Shown here: positions 41,096-53,735 of the stretch, piece by piece
Layout of the letters: each line of letters opens with the position of its first letter
Position numbering within the stretch: position 1 is the first letter of the stretch
Source of the DNA: Mobula hypostoma
Lineage: Eukaryota
Assembly: GCF_963921235.1 (NCBI RefSeq)
Contig: NC_086111.1
Span: 18,538,001-18,602,000, forward strand
Reading direction: 5' to 3'
DNA length: 64,000 nucleotides
Notes under the pieces: model-generated
What the model was told of the DNA's origin: nothing
The model's input: the letters and a program-made list of their open reading frames with translations, nothing else
The model's database searches: none
Program-made: the position numbers and the translations under genes

Positions 41096-42019
41096 TCCTT
41101 TGACAGAGAAAATGATAAAGGCTCCTTCTTCACCTCAGGAAATATCTTTTCTATTAAAAAGCACGGAGATCCAGAGATACAGAAAGCATCTCTGAGGCTG
41201 CTTTGAGAGCGTGAAAGCATGGAAAGGATCTGGCCCAGGCTGAGTACTGGTCTTGTTTTTTATGTTATTGGTTTAACTCGTGCTTCTTGACCATAGTCCA
41301 GTGTTGTGCCCACAATCTGGTCTTCATACTCTTAAAAACAACACTGGAGTAAGTCGAAAGAAAGATGCAAAGGTTGTACCAAGTTTGAGAGAATATGGGT
41401 ATAGGCTAAAATTGCGTTGGTCAGGGAATTTTCTTCATAAAAAGGGCAATTAGTTAGAAGCTTTGAAGTTATAAATTAATGAATCCAGTTTGGAAGTTTA
41501 TTTGCTCATGTTGAGATTAGAATGTATTGTCAGAGTAAAAGGAAAGCTCCAATACCTTTAAAATGCTTAAATTATTTGGTCAGAGATTGTCAATGAGTCT
41601 ATGATTACCTCAAGCCCTATCCTTTACTCAAAATTGTGTGAATGCATACTTGTTTAGGATCGTAAATCCTTCCTTAATGTGGCGTCCATTTTATGTGTGC
41701 TCTCAAAGATATCAGTTACGTGTTAGCCCTAGCACTAGATCTTGAAATGGGCTCAGTTTACTTCTTATCCATCTTTACAGAGACATTTTAGTTACTTGTT
41801 CACATGCAACACCCTTGCTTATTGCCCCTCTCATTTTTTCCTGGACCAAGTGACCTGCGTCATTTCAGAAGGACGAACATGTGAACCAGTTGGGTTTGTA
41901 TTTTACAACATTCTGATCATCTCATGATCATTAACTTTTTATTCCAAATTTACACTTTGTAAGCTGATTCAGATCCTGTCTACAGATCAAAAGGTTAATA
42001 TTCTGGGTCCACCCAATCA

Positions 42020-43055
42020 TAGAACGAAGGACATCATAGCACTGTACTGTCCCTTCAGCCCATGGTGTTGTGCTGAACTTGTAACCTACTCATAAGATGA
42101 ATCTAACCCTTTCCCCTTACATAGCCCTCCATTTTTCTATCATCCATTTGTCAGTCTGGTGGTTGGCATCCATCTCTCCTGAAGGACAATGGGTGATGCT
42201 GATGATCATCATTATCACAAGCCTGGGTGGAAGGTCTGGAGATCCTGAGATGGCCATTCGTCAAGATCCCCCTCGCAGCCTCTCAGTGTAGTCCACAGGA
42301 AAGCTTATGAAGCAGTATGTTTGGCACCAGCTTGGCTGCAGGAGCTGCCGGAAGGATGTTCAATGTCGTCCAGCTGCCTTGGGGCCTCTGCTGCAGATTT
42401 GCTGTCTGGGTTTACTCCCGTAGCTTTTGTCTCCCCACAAGGCAGTGGGGCTATTAACTCACAGCAGGATATCTGGTTCACGAGCACCAGGATGTGTTCA
42501 CATAGCAGGTGGGCCTGCAAGCTATGTGTGCAGGGGCCAGACCTCCTCCCCGTCCTCTGTAGTTCAGCTGATTCTGAAAGGAGTTCCATTTTCGCGCCTC
42601 GCCAGCGAGGAGGCACTACGTGAGGCTTGCTGTTGGAGAGGCTATGTACTGGCTGGGAGAGACTTACACATTCAGCTCTTTTCACAAAACTGCTAGCCAC
42701 CGGTGGAAGCTGAAAGCGAGAGTAACAAGCAATATCCACTGCAGTACCACACTCGTCACGTCACAACAACCAATCTAAGAATTTCTTAAATGTCCCTAAT
42801 GTATCTGCGTCTGCCACTACCCCTGACAGGGTGTTCTACACATGTACCACTCTCTCTGTAAAAATAAAAACGACATTTGATATCCCCCTATACCTTCCTC
42901 CAGTGACTTTAAAATTATGCCCCCTTGTATTTGCCAATTCTGCCCTGGGAAAACGTCTCTGACTATCCACTCGATCTATATCTGTTATTGTCTTGTATTT
43001 CTATATCAAGTCACCTCTCGTCCTCCAAAGGGAAAAGCCCTTGCTCACTCAACTT
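42020..43055 (-). mobile_element. CR1 3' fragment split by an RTE-derived repeat (~42150-42765)
   Basis: atagccctccatttttctatcatccat|..|ccaatctaagaatttcttaaatgtccctaatg matches the uninterrupted copy at 53470-53735. Confidence 0.65.
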
Positions 43056-43568
43056 TGTAACAAGCAAGGTAATGCGGCTCAGATTCCCAGATAAATTGTT
43101 CATGTTTTATAGTCTCCAGTTTTCTTGTGAGTTAGCGGAAAGTCAAAGGAAGGCATGGATCACCTTCCTGAGCATTTAGTGTTGTGCAGAACCCTCAGCC
43201 ATCCATGCATTCTTTAACAAAATGCAGCTTGATTTTAATATTCAGTGCTCCTTCCTGCTCAGCATGCTCTCGTTATGTTTTATTGTAAACCTTCTGTTGC
43301 TCCTTAAGTATACAAAGGAAAAAGCAATATTTTTTTCTCTAACTTGGTGCAGCTTCAGACTGGAGGAGACTTAAAGGAAGCATTATTCCTGATTCTTGAT
43401 AAGTGATTGGTCATATCACAATAGTTCTGACCATCACATACTGGTTGTTTTGCCCTGACTGGGTGCGTCACGGCCCGGTATTAAAACACCAATGCCCACA
43501 ATGGAAAATCCTCCAAAAAGTAGTGCATATGGCCTAGTCCATCACAGGAAAAACACTCCCCACCATTG

Positions 43569-43705
43569 TCCAGTCCTGCCAAAGGGTCTCGGCTGGAAAT
43601 GTTGACGGTACTCTTTTCCATAGCTGCTGCCTGGCCTGCTGAGTTCCTCCAGCATTTTGTGTGTTTTGCTTGGATCTCCAGCATCTACAGATTTTCTCTT
43701 GTCTG
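43569..43705 (+). mobile_element. Single-arm Penelope-derived short element
   Basis: ccagtcctgccaaagggtctcggctggaaatgttgac..gctgagttcctccagcattttgtgtgt; interrupts the LINE (ccccaccatt..gccccattgagcac). Confidence 0.75.
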
Positions 43706-43857
43706 TGATTGCCCCATTGAGCACATTTACGAGGAACACTGCTTCAAGAAAGCAGCATCCATCATCAAAGACTCCCAGCATCCAGACCATGCACTCTTCT
43801 CATTACCACCATCCAGTAGGCTCCTGAACCAGAGAGGATAACTTCCCTCACCTTAAC

Positions 43858-44529
43858 TGTAGTGTTCTCGTACAGTGTGTTGAAACTCTGACTAAACACC
43901 AAGTTAAACTGGAGCCAATGAAGACAGAGTCGTAGTAAGGTTAACCATTTACTGTTCATTCTTCCACATTAACATCGCATGGTGAAAACTGTTGATTAAA
44001 AAAATACAAACATATACAGCATCTGTTTCATTCTGGAGACCAGTGGCGCTCTCTTCTTTTAGCGAGTGTCTCCAGCCGCCCCAAGTAGCAAGCGAGGGGG
44101 GTCCCGTCAAACCGCCATCGGGCTGGAGCCCACCCTGCATTTGAAATTGAAAAGCCGGCACGCACGCCGCCCCAACCACCGCTTCCATAACAGAAACCGC
44201 ATCAATATTTTTACTTCAAATATTTTCTTATGAACTTACAACGTTGCTTCTATAATGTTTCTTTGTGGGTAGAAACGGAGCTCTTCACGATCATGCCACA
44301 CGCATGGCACCCACCTTCACACCTTCTCCGAACCAGAGGTTACACATGAGACGCGGTGAAACCGGAGGTGACGTCATCACATGCCGCGATATACCATAGA
44401 CAATGAATTTACCTTTGTTAGACTGTTAAAATAATTATCAACCTTTAACTTTAACTAGAAAATAGTTACAAACAAATCATTTAAAACCTAGACCCAACAA
44501 GGTCAAATAAATGCCTTAAGGGCAACACA
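43858..44529. mobile_element. Solo LTR (672 bp)
   Basis: TGT..ACA termini; 5-bp flanks ttaac / tcaac; CpG-richer interior; host LINE tail resumes (cacc|tcaacactgaactg). Confidence 0.75.
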
Positions 44530-46007
44530 TCAACACTGAACTGATGCCACAACCGATGGACACACTTTCAAGGGCTCTAAAACTCATGTTCTCAGTGTGT
44601 GTTTATTTATTAATTATTATTCACATTATTGTTACTATTTTTTTTGCATTTGCACAGTTTGCACATTGGTTGTTGTCCGTCTTTGTTTCTTCTCATTGAC
44701 TCTGTTGTGTTTCTTTGTTCTACTGTGAATGCCTGCAAGAATATGAATCTCAGGGTAGTATATGGTGACTCTGTGTACTTTGATAATATATTTACTTTGA
44801 ATTGAATTTAAAATTATACAAGAGCTCAAGTGATGAAATTTGTAGATTAAAATATTTTTGAGTGTAGAGGCATTATTTTGATTAACACATTGGACCAGAT
44901 GAGCATCCCCAATTTTAGTGGATATTTGTTGCTTCTATGAAAAAGTTTTCATTCATAGCCCCCGCCCCCCAAACCTACTGTGATAATGTTCTTCTTTTTG
45001 CCTACTTTAGAAGTGGAGACAGCAGTGTTCAACTTTAAAATAAATTTACTATTTTATTATTGATGTTGGATGGATGTTACTGTGTGTGGACCAGAGGTAC
45101 GGCAGTTAGCACTACTGCCCCAGATCTAAGGGTCTGAAATTGATCCCAACCTAAGCTGTCTCTGTGGACGTTCCCTCTCTCCAATACGGGCCACTAGCAA
45201 GAACAATTATAACATTTAAAAAACCCATTTGAATAGGTACATAGACTGGAAAAGTTTAGTGTGATATGAGCTAAACACAGGCAAGTGGGACTGACTAGAT
45301 TAGGCAGCTTGGTCAGCAAGGACAATTTAGGCCAAACGGCCAGCTTTTATGGTGTAGAGCTCTGCGACCATCTAGCCATTGTGCTAGTTCTCATCCCAAT
45401 AGGTTGATTAACCACTGTAAATTATATCTTAGTGATAAACTAATTGAAGGGGAATTGATCGGTATGTTGTGTGCCAACAGGGGAACAGGAGTAGGGGATT
45501 GGGATATAAGGAATTGCTGAGCTGGAGCTGGCATGGATCCATCATGGTAATCCCCTGCATTTTGTTCTGAGTGAGTGTGCAGAAGTTTGTATTTGTGTGG
45601 TAATACCAAATGGAGATTAACTGCACGAGGAAGTCATTCGCACAAAGAAGCAGCTGATAAAGGTGAAGGTTGTCATGGGAGGTACCTTCAGCCTTGCCTG
45701 TATTCAGTCTGCACGCCGAGCACTCTGCAAGGGAGTTGGTGCGATTGCATGGGTTTGTTGCCAGATGGTGTGGCGTGTGTAACGGGAAGCCCCTGGAAGT
45801 CTCATGAGAGTCCTACAGAGAGGATCCAGTTTCTCATTTTACTGCAGTAGACAAATGGGCTCAGCACACAGATTCGAGCCAACAAGATCAGGCTTGGGAT
45901 TTATAGCCTTTTGTAATTGGATTGCCAGATAATACCTGTTCTACATTATATCTAACTGCCTCTCCTCAATTGTCTCTCCTTTTTGTCTGGAGTTCCCTAA
46001 ACTGTAG

Positions 46008-46966
46008 ATAGAAACATAGAAACATAGAAAATAGGTGCAGGAGTAGGCCATTCGGCCCTTCGAGCCTGCACCACCATTTATTATGATCATGGCTGATCAT
46101 CCAACTCAGAACCCTGCACCAGCCTCCCCTCCATACCCTCTGATCCCCCTAGCCACAAGGGCCATATCTAACTCCCTCTTAAATATAGCCAATGAACTGG
46201 CCTCAACTGTTTCCTGTGGCAGAGAATTCCACAGATTCACCACTCTCTGTGTGAAGAAGTTTTTCCTAATCTCAGTCCTAAAAGGCTTCCCCTTTATCCT
46301 CAAACCGTGACCCTTCATTCTGGACTTCCCCAACATCGGGAACAATCTTCCTGCATCTAGCCTGTCCAATCCCTTTAGGATTTTATACGTTTCAATCAGA
46401 TCCCCCCCCTCAATCTTCTAAATTCCAACGAGTACAAGCCTAGTTCATCCAGTCTTTCTTCATATGAAAGTCCTGCCATCCCAGGAATCAATCTGGTGAA
46501 CCTTCTTTGTACTCCCTCTATGGCAAGGATGTCTTTCCTCAGATTAGGGGACCAAAACTGCACACAATACTGCAGGTGTGGTCTCACCAAGGCCTTGTAC
46601 AACTGCAGTAGTACCTCCCTGCTCCTGTACTCGAATCCTCTTGCTATAAATGCCAGCATACCATTCGCCTTTTTCACCGCCTGCTGTACCTACATGCCCA
46701 CTTTCAATGACTGGTGTATAATGACACCCAGGTCTCGTTGCACCTCCCCTTTTCCTAATCGGCCACCATTCAGATAATAATCTGTTTTCCTATTTTTGCC
46801 ACCAAAGTGGATAACTTCACATTTATCCACATTAAATTGCATCTGCCATGAATTTGCCCACTCACCCAACCTATCCAAGTCACCCTGCATCCTCTTAGCA
46901 TCCTCCTCACAGCTAACACTGCCACCCAGCTTCGTGTCATCCGCAAACTTGGAGATGCTGCATTTC
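46008..46966 (-). mobile_element. Young CR1 LINE 3' fragment
   Basis: ISKFADDTKLGG..QFNVDKCEVIHFG..; (atagaaac)n tail; near-identical to 15349-16146 but frameshifted in a C-run near 46402. Confidence 0.95.
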
Positions 46967-47126
46967 ACAGTTAAGGTTGAAGCTAGTAATTTGTTCCAGG
47001 CTTCTGCCTATGCTACTGTAATGTCCTCAGGAAGTCCATGTATATCTCATCTCCAATCTCTCTCCTCTCTCATGGTCACAGAACACATTCCACACAAACA
47101 AGCAAGCTCACCAACACCTTTATTTT

Positions 47127-47652
47127 CTGAATTGAATTGATTTTATTTCCTACATCCTTCACATACATGAAGAAGTATGAATCTTTATGTTATGTCTCCA
47201 TCTAAATGTGCCATGTGCGATTTATAATAATTTATTAAAAAAAAGTACAGTCAATGTAATACAGAGTACACTCAAATCAGTGTGAGTTCATCAGTCTGAT
47301 GGCCTGGTGGAAGAAGCTGTCCCGGAGCCTGTTGGTCCTGGCTTTTATGCTGCAGTACTGTTTCCCGGATGGTAGCAGCTGGAATAGATTGTGGTTGGGA
47401 TAACTTGGGTCCCCAATGATCCTTTGGGCCCTTTTTACACACCTGTCCTTGTAAATGTCTTGAATCTTGGGAAGTTCACATCTACAGATATGCTGGGCTG
47501 TCTGCACCACTCCCTGCAGAGTCCTGCAATGGAGTACAGTTCCCATTACCAGGCAGAGTCAGGATGCTCTCAGTTGTGCCCCTGTAGAAAGTTCTTAGGA
47601 TTTGTGGGCCCATACCAAACTTTCTCAACCATCTGAGGTAAAAGAGGTGCTG
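47127..47652 (-). mobile_element. Rex/Babar-type LINE 3' fragment
   Basis: RTLQGVVQTAQHI..LLPSGKQYCSIKARTNRLRDSFFHQAIRLMNS; (gaatt)n tail. Confidence 0.85.
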
Positions 47653-48115
47653 AAGAGAGTTGGACTATGTACATCTACACTCACATCTTTCTACAGATTT
47701 GCAGTAGAGAGCATGCTAACAAGCTACATCAATCACTGCATGGTAGGGAAACTGAACTGTGGCAGACAGAAAGGCTCTACAATGGGTAGTCAAAACAGCC
47801 CAATTCATCACTGGCCCCAGCCTACCTGCCATCAGGATATATATACAGAAAGATGCTGTAAAACAGCTAGCAACTTCATGAAGAATCCCACCCACATGGA
47901 CTGCTTCTCCCACTCCCATCAGGGGAAGAGGCTACGTGGCATCCACACCAGACTCAAAAACAGTTACTTTCCCCAAGCAGTAAGACCTTCACCCTCTAAC
48001 CCACCTCTCCATTCCCCTCACCGCCACTGCTTTATCATTTCCTGTCAGAGTTACCTCATGTACAACACAGCTGTGCCTGGTGTGACTTTGTGGTCAAATA
48101 ATCAATGTATATAAG
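47650..48115 (+). mobile_element. Rex/Babar-type LINE 3' fragment, head-to-head with the previous one
   Basis: LKRVGLCTSTLTSFYRFAVESMLTS..RLKNSYFPQAVR. Confidence 0.75.
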
Positions 48116-49174
48116 AGTAATAACCATAATAGACTCAATGAAAGACTGCACTCACTTAGGTGCTCAACCAGTGTGCAGAAGACAACAAACTACACAAATA
48201 CAAAAAGACGTAAATAATAATACGGTTTCATGCTGAATTGTCACACACTCCTAATGAAATAAAGGCACTGCCATGCTTTCTTCCTTCCTTATTTTTAAGG
48301 AGCCTACTACTTAATATTATTTATTTACATTTTTTAAATTATTTGCACAATTTGTCTTTTGTACATGAGTTATTTGTCAGTCTTTATAGTTTTTCATTCA
48401 TTCTATTATTTCTTTATTTTCTTGTAAATGCGTGCAAAAACAGACCTCAAGGTAGTACAGTATATGGTGACACATACATACTTTGTAATAACTTCACTTT
48501 GAACTTTGAGAACTGTACTTTCTAACAACCATATTTTATAATATAAACTGCTTCCATTGTTACATTTTTCATTATAACCTTTTTTCCTTCATGTTCTATA
48601 GACCCAAATTTTGGTGTTGGTGGTCAATTAGAGCTTCCTGCCCCGAGTGCACAACTCCTACATAGTCTCACTCAACTTCAAAGATTCACAGACCAGAAAC
48701 CAAATAAAAACTTGGTTACTGCCACTCGTGAATATATTAGACCAACTTTCCATCAGATCTGTAGAACCTGTGCTTTATCAACTTGATCAGTTTTACTCAT
48801 CATACCTTATTTACATGCATGAGGTATTTGCTATGGCGTGTTGGCATGACATGCAACAAAAGAAAAACAACACTCGACAATTATGAAGAATTACATATAA
48901 AAAATAAAGTTAGAGGTTAAAGTACAGACATTGAATAAAATGTACATCAATACCAGCATGTATTTGCAGTGGAAGCTGCATTATAAAATGTGGTTTAAAG
49001 TGTTTACAGCTCAATGCAGAGACGGTGGGGGTGGGGGGGGTGTAATAGAGGGGGTTGGGATGGGGCTAACTGAAATGGTTGATCAGATTAACGACCTGTG
49101 GGAAAAAACTTTTAAGATGGCGTCAAGTTTTTGTTTTAATAGCCCTGTAGTGCCTCCCAGAAGGAAGCATCTGA

Positions 49175-49372
49175 CTGTCTATAAGGAGTTTGTGCGTTTT
49201 CCCTGTGATCGCGTCGGGTTTCCTTGGGGTGTTCCTGTTTCTTCCCACAGTGCAAAGACGTACCAGTTGGTAGGGTAATAGAATTAGGTTTAGGTTAAAT
49301 TGGTGGTTGCTGGGCAGTGCAGCTCTTTGGGCTAGAAGGATATCTCCGCTCCGCGTCTCAATAAATAAATAA
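49175..49372 (+). mobile_element. V-SINE-like fragment nested in a LINE tail
   Basis: tgtctataaggagtttgtgcg..gggtttccttggggtgttcctgtttcttcccacagtgcaaagacgtac; (aata)n tail. Confidence 0.7.
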
Positions 49373-49979
49373 CTAACGGCAGTAGTGCCTGCAATGATTG
49401 TTCCTGCCTGCAGCTTTATCCTGGACACATACATCTCAGAGGTGATGGTCCCAAAACTCGTGAAGCTCAATGCAACAGGCGCTTTGATGTGGGAACGGCT
49501 TCGATGGTGGATGCTGACCATGAACCAGCAGAACTGAATCACATGCTATCAGTATCTATGTGCACTCAGAGAGCGGTGACACACTTAGAAACAGGAACCC
49601 GGAGGTTGTTTTGTTTCTCCACAGCCATGGGGGATGGAGCTCTCAGCTGCTACTACTACGTGAATTACTGCAGAGATTAGCGTAAATGCAGACTGGAACG
49701 AATTACCAGCTAATCTCTTCATTTGCAGTTGAAATTTATTTTCAACCATTTTCAGTGCTGGTGCACTTTCAAAATAGCTTCTGTTACGTCACACCCTGAA
49801 CCACTACAGCGAGCGTTGTTCCGGCCCCAACGTAATGGTGCATTGAGAGAGTTGGTCAGAGTTGAAGAATCCAACGTTTAAAGTGCAGAGGAAGCCATTT
49901 CGCCTCTACATTTCACACTGGACAAAAGCCGATGTTAGATTAGTTTCATTATCCCAGCAGTTCGTCTCTTGCTGAGCAG

Positions 49980-50112
49980 CTTCTGATAAAGTGTCCCAGC
50001 TCAAGATGTCGGCTGTTTATTGCTGTCCATGGATGCTGCCTGACCTGCTGAGTTCTTCCAGCATTTTGTGTGTGTTACTCTGGATTTCCAGCAGTTGAAG
50101 AATCTTGTATTT
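49980..50112 (+). mobile_element. Single-arm Penelope-derived short element (decayed)
   Basis: gatgctgcctgacctgctgagttcttccagcattttgtgtgtgttactctggatttccagca. Confidence 0.7.
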
Positions 50113-50584
50113 TTGACTTTTCTAAACTTTGACCAGGTACATGTATAGGATTTATGCTCAAGCTAGCCATTCAAAGTTCCAGATATCCACTACTTGTTGA
50201 ATTTTTAAAAATCTTCTCTCAAGTCCCTTTTAAACCTTTGAATTTAAATGTAAATTTAAATTTACGGTGCTTTGTCAAGGGAACCAGGTTCTTCTGTTTA
50301 CTTTGATTAAGCCTCTCATAATTCATAGGCTTCAGTTAAATTTCTGCTGGCTGTCCTTCATTCCAAAGAAAACAACCCCACAACAGTCTCTCAGGAGAGA
50401 AAACATGCCTGTCTTGGAGGCCGTGTGACTCCAGGCCTGATGATGTGGTTGGCTCATTAAATAGCTTTTGAAATGGCCCAGCAAAAAGCAGTGTTCAAGG
50501 AATGAGCAATTAGTGCTGGTCTTGACAGCAATGCGTTTGACTGTGAAAAATGAATGTAATGAACAGATATATATGATTGTATTG

Positions 50585-50833
50585 CCCACCGTTGAGGACA
50601 TCTTCAATCGGTGATGCCCCAAGAAGACAACATCTATTATTAAGGACTCTCACCATATAGGACATGTTCTCTTCTAGGAAGTACAAGAGCCTGAAGACAC
50701 TCGCTCAGTGTTTTAGGATCAGCTTCTTTCCCTCCATCGTCAGATTTCTGAATGGACCACGAAAACTACCTCAGTGTTGCTCTTTTTATTGCATGGCTTA
50801 TTTATTTTATATATGTATGTGCGTGTGTGTATA

Positions 50834-50870
<37 letters not shown>

Positions 50871-51008
50871 GTAAAAATGAATGTGTGTGTGTGTATGTAT
50901 TTTTTTTGAGTTGTTATTTGTCTATGTGTGGCACTGTACTGCTGCCGCAAAACAACAAACTTCAGATGATACGGAATGTCAGTGATAATGAACCTGATTC
51001 TGATTCTG
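50585..51008 (+). mobile_element. Rex/Babar-type LINE 3' end
   Basis: RKYKSLKTLAQCFRISFFPSIVRFLNG; tail cctgattctgattct. Confidence 0.75.
50808..50898. repeat. Compound (TG)n/(TA)n microsatellite in a LINE tail
   Basis: Directly visible dinucleotide runs. Confidence 0.95.
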
Positions 51009-51479
51009 CTGTCAAATAATGAAAGTTGCATGAGAGTGGAATTTGATACCTCATGGAATGATGCTGCAAACCCTTGGCAGAAGAACTACTTAAACATTCA
51101 CGTGTCATTTTCCATTTTCTAGTCCAGCAGGCTTTGTCTTCCATGGATGGGTAGGTACTTAATTTGCTCATTAAGAACCACTATGAATGGAATAGAGCAG
51201 TTGTATCTTGTAACTTGTCATTACAGATAAGATAGCCCAACTAATGTTTGAGAAAGCAAGAGGAAAAAAAACACAGGGTAAAACAACTTGGGATTTCTGT
51301 CACCTGGAAAGGAGCAGTGACTAATTACAACAATCCAATGAGTGGTTATCTTGTGTTGTTAATATAATTTTAGTACCAAAAGCAATAGTGTCTCCAAATC
51401 AATTGTAAATGATCTGGGTAAAGGAGAGTTTCATGATGTACATTGATATTTAGTCTTTTGTAACACTTCTTTTTGAACA

Positions 51480-52050
51480 AGAACTATGACTGCAAAGTAA
51501 TCCTCACATCAGCCATTGCTGTCTGGTTTGGTGCAGCATCCTCCTACAATATACGAACACTACAGCAAACTGTCAGGTCAGCAGAAAAGGTCATTGGCTG
51601 GGGTCTACCATCACTGTACAGTTTGTACGTGTCCAGGAAAAATCACAGCGGACTCTACCTACCCAGCAAACTGTCTTTTGCTAAAGCTCCCTTCTAGAAA
51701 GTGCTACAGGGCTCTTAAAATCAAAAACTTCATGTCATCTTAAAAGTTTCTTTCCCCAAGCAGTTAATCTGATCAACCATTCTAGTTAGCCCCCACCCCC
51801 CTCTATCTGTGACCCCTGTCACTGCTCTGTACAGTGTTGTAAACACTTTAACCACTGTTTATAATGCTGTTTATATTATAAATGCATGCTGGTATTTATG
51901 CACATTTTATTCCAGATCAATAGTTTAACTTCACATATAATTCTTCATTCTTTCTGATTTTTCAGTGGTGTTTGTTTGCTGTTGCATATCGTGCCGTAAC
52001 ACCACAGTAAACTCTTGATTCGTGTATATGGCAAGTAAAGTTGATCCTTG
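51480..52050 (+). mobile_element. Rex/Babar-type LINE 3' fragment
   Basis: ILTSAIAVWFGA..LQQTVRSAEKVIG..HPAN-like YPANCLLLKLPSRKCYRA. Confidence 0.75.
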
Positions 52051-52623
52051 AACTGGTACAGCAAAGCTATATGAGCTATTAATGAGCATCAGAAAAAACT
52101 TTGGTAATTGCATAAAATACCATCCATGAAAATGAAATTGCATGGAGAGCACTACGGTTTGTCCTTGTTACTTCCGCAGGTTTCAGTTTGTGGTTGTGTA
52201 TCATGCAGCCCAAGTGTAATTTTATCTGGGGAACAGTGGCAATCATCGAGATATCAGAATGCTGCTTTTACCCTCTCCTGTGTGAGGGGGGAGAGGACAA
52301 GCCAGCTCTGTTACTGCTAGCACCTTTATCATTGCTGGCACATTTTTAACCAGCTGCGATAAGAAATTATGATAATTATGATATGCAAAGTTGTTGGCTC
52401 GGTCAGTTGTTACGGGCACCGGCCTCCCCACATTGAGGACATCTTCAAAAGGCAATGCCATCCATAAGGTCCCTCCCCACCCAGGAGATTCCTCCTTCTC
52501 CTGACCACCCCGACAGGAGATACAGCAGCCTGATGATACGCAACATTTTACAAACAGCTTCTTCCCCTCTGCCGTTAGATTTCTGAATAGTCCAAGAACC
52601 TATGAACACCACCTCACTATTTT

Positions 52624-52722
52624 CTGTCCCGACGAAGGGTCTCGGCCCGAAACGTCGACTGTACCTCTTCCTGGAGATGCTGCCTGGCCTGCTGCGTTCA
52701 CCAGCAACTTCGATGTGTGTTG
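52624..52722 (+). mobile_element. 99-bp Penelope-derived insertion with 12-bp TSD and the best-preserved hammerhead-like core
   Basis: cctcactatttt duplicated at 52612-52623 and 52723-52734; core gtc-CCGACGA-a-ggg-tctcgg-ccc-GAAAC-GTC-gac; inserted in a LINE tail (~52410-52872). Confidence 0.85.
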
Positions 52723-53469
52723 CCTCACTATTTTGTTCTTTTTTTGCAATACTTACTTATTTTTATATATTTCTTATTGTAATTTATAGTTTTTTTTAAA
52801 TGTGTTGCGTGTTTTACAAAACAACAAATTTCACAAAGCATGTCGGAGATAATAAACCAGATTCTGATTCTGAAATTGGCCCATCAGTTGTTCCTGCTCA
52901 TGCAATATGATAATGTTCTTGTCCATTTCTCCTCTGATAGCATATTAATGTCTCTTTGGCCTAGTGGGCTGTCATGTTCGTTCTGTTTACAGTTACTGCT
53001 CCGTAGATTTGCTAAGTATGCTTGCAGAAAAAAATCTCAGGATTGTATGTGGTGACATGTATGTACTCTGATAATAAAGTTTACTTTGATCTTTGAGCTT
53101 TGAACCTGATTAATTTCTGATTTGAAAATCAAAACAAAACTGCTGGTGCAGGAAGTCTGAAAGAAAAGCAGAAAATGCTGCAAATACACAGCAGGCTTCC
53201 AGCGTCTGTGGGAAGAGGAGCAGAATTAATGTCTGAACTGTGAAAGAGAGAGGAAATTACAGGAAGGGAAATGAAGGCCAAAAATTGCTCAAGAGGCTAT
53301 TTGGATGACAGATTCATGAGGGAAAATGGAGACAAAAGTCACTTGAAGTTGTTAGGTTTAACTAACTCACTTTCTTTATTTTTATCAGAGCCAATAAGAT
53401 CTGCTTGCAGGTCAGATAAGATCTTGTAGTCCTATTTGTCTCCTTTCATTAGCATAACCTAACCAGCAA

Positions 53470-53735
53470 GAAAATAGCTCTAACCTTTCCCTCCTACATA
53501 GCCCTCCACTTTTCTATTATCCCTGTGCCTATCTAAGAGTTTCTTAGAAGTCCCTAATGTGTCTGGCTCTACCACCAGCTCTGGAGGACATTCCACGCAC
53601 CCACCAGTCTGTGTGGAAAAACTTATTTCTGGCATCCACCCCTATACTTTTCTCTAATCACCATCAGGTTATGTCCCCCCCCCCCCCCCCCACCCCCGGG
53701 TATTAGACATTTCCGTCCTTGGAAAAAGTCTCCGG
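53470..53735 (-). mobile_element. CR1 3' fragment containing a poly-C run
   Basis: atagccctccacttttctattatccctgtgcctatctaagagtttc; C-run at ~53674-53691. Confidence 0.7.

Larger units (their letters stand above)
43490..44810 (+). mobile_element. Rex/Babar-type LINE 3' fragment with nested insertions
   Basis: IEHIYEEHCFKKAASIIKDSQHPDHALFSLPPS; tail tactttgaattgaattt. Confidence 0.75.
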
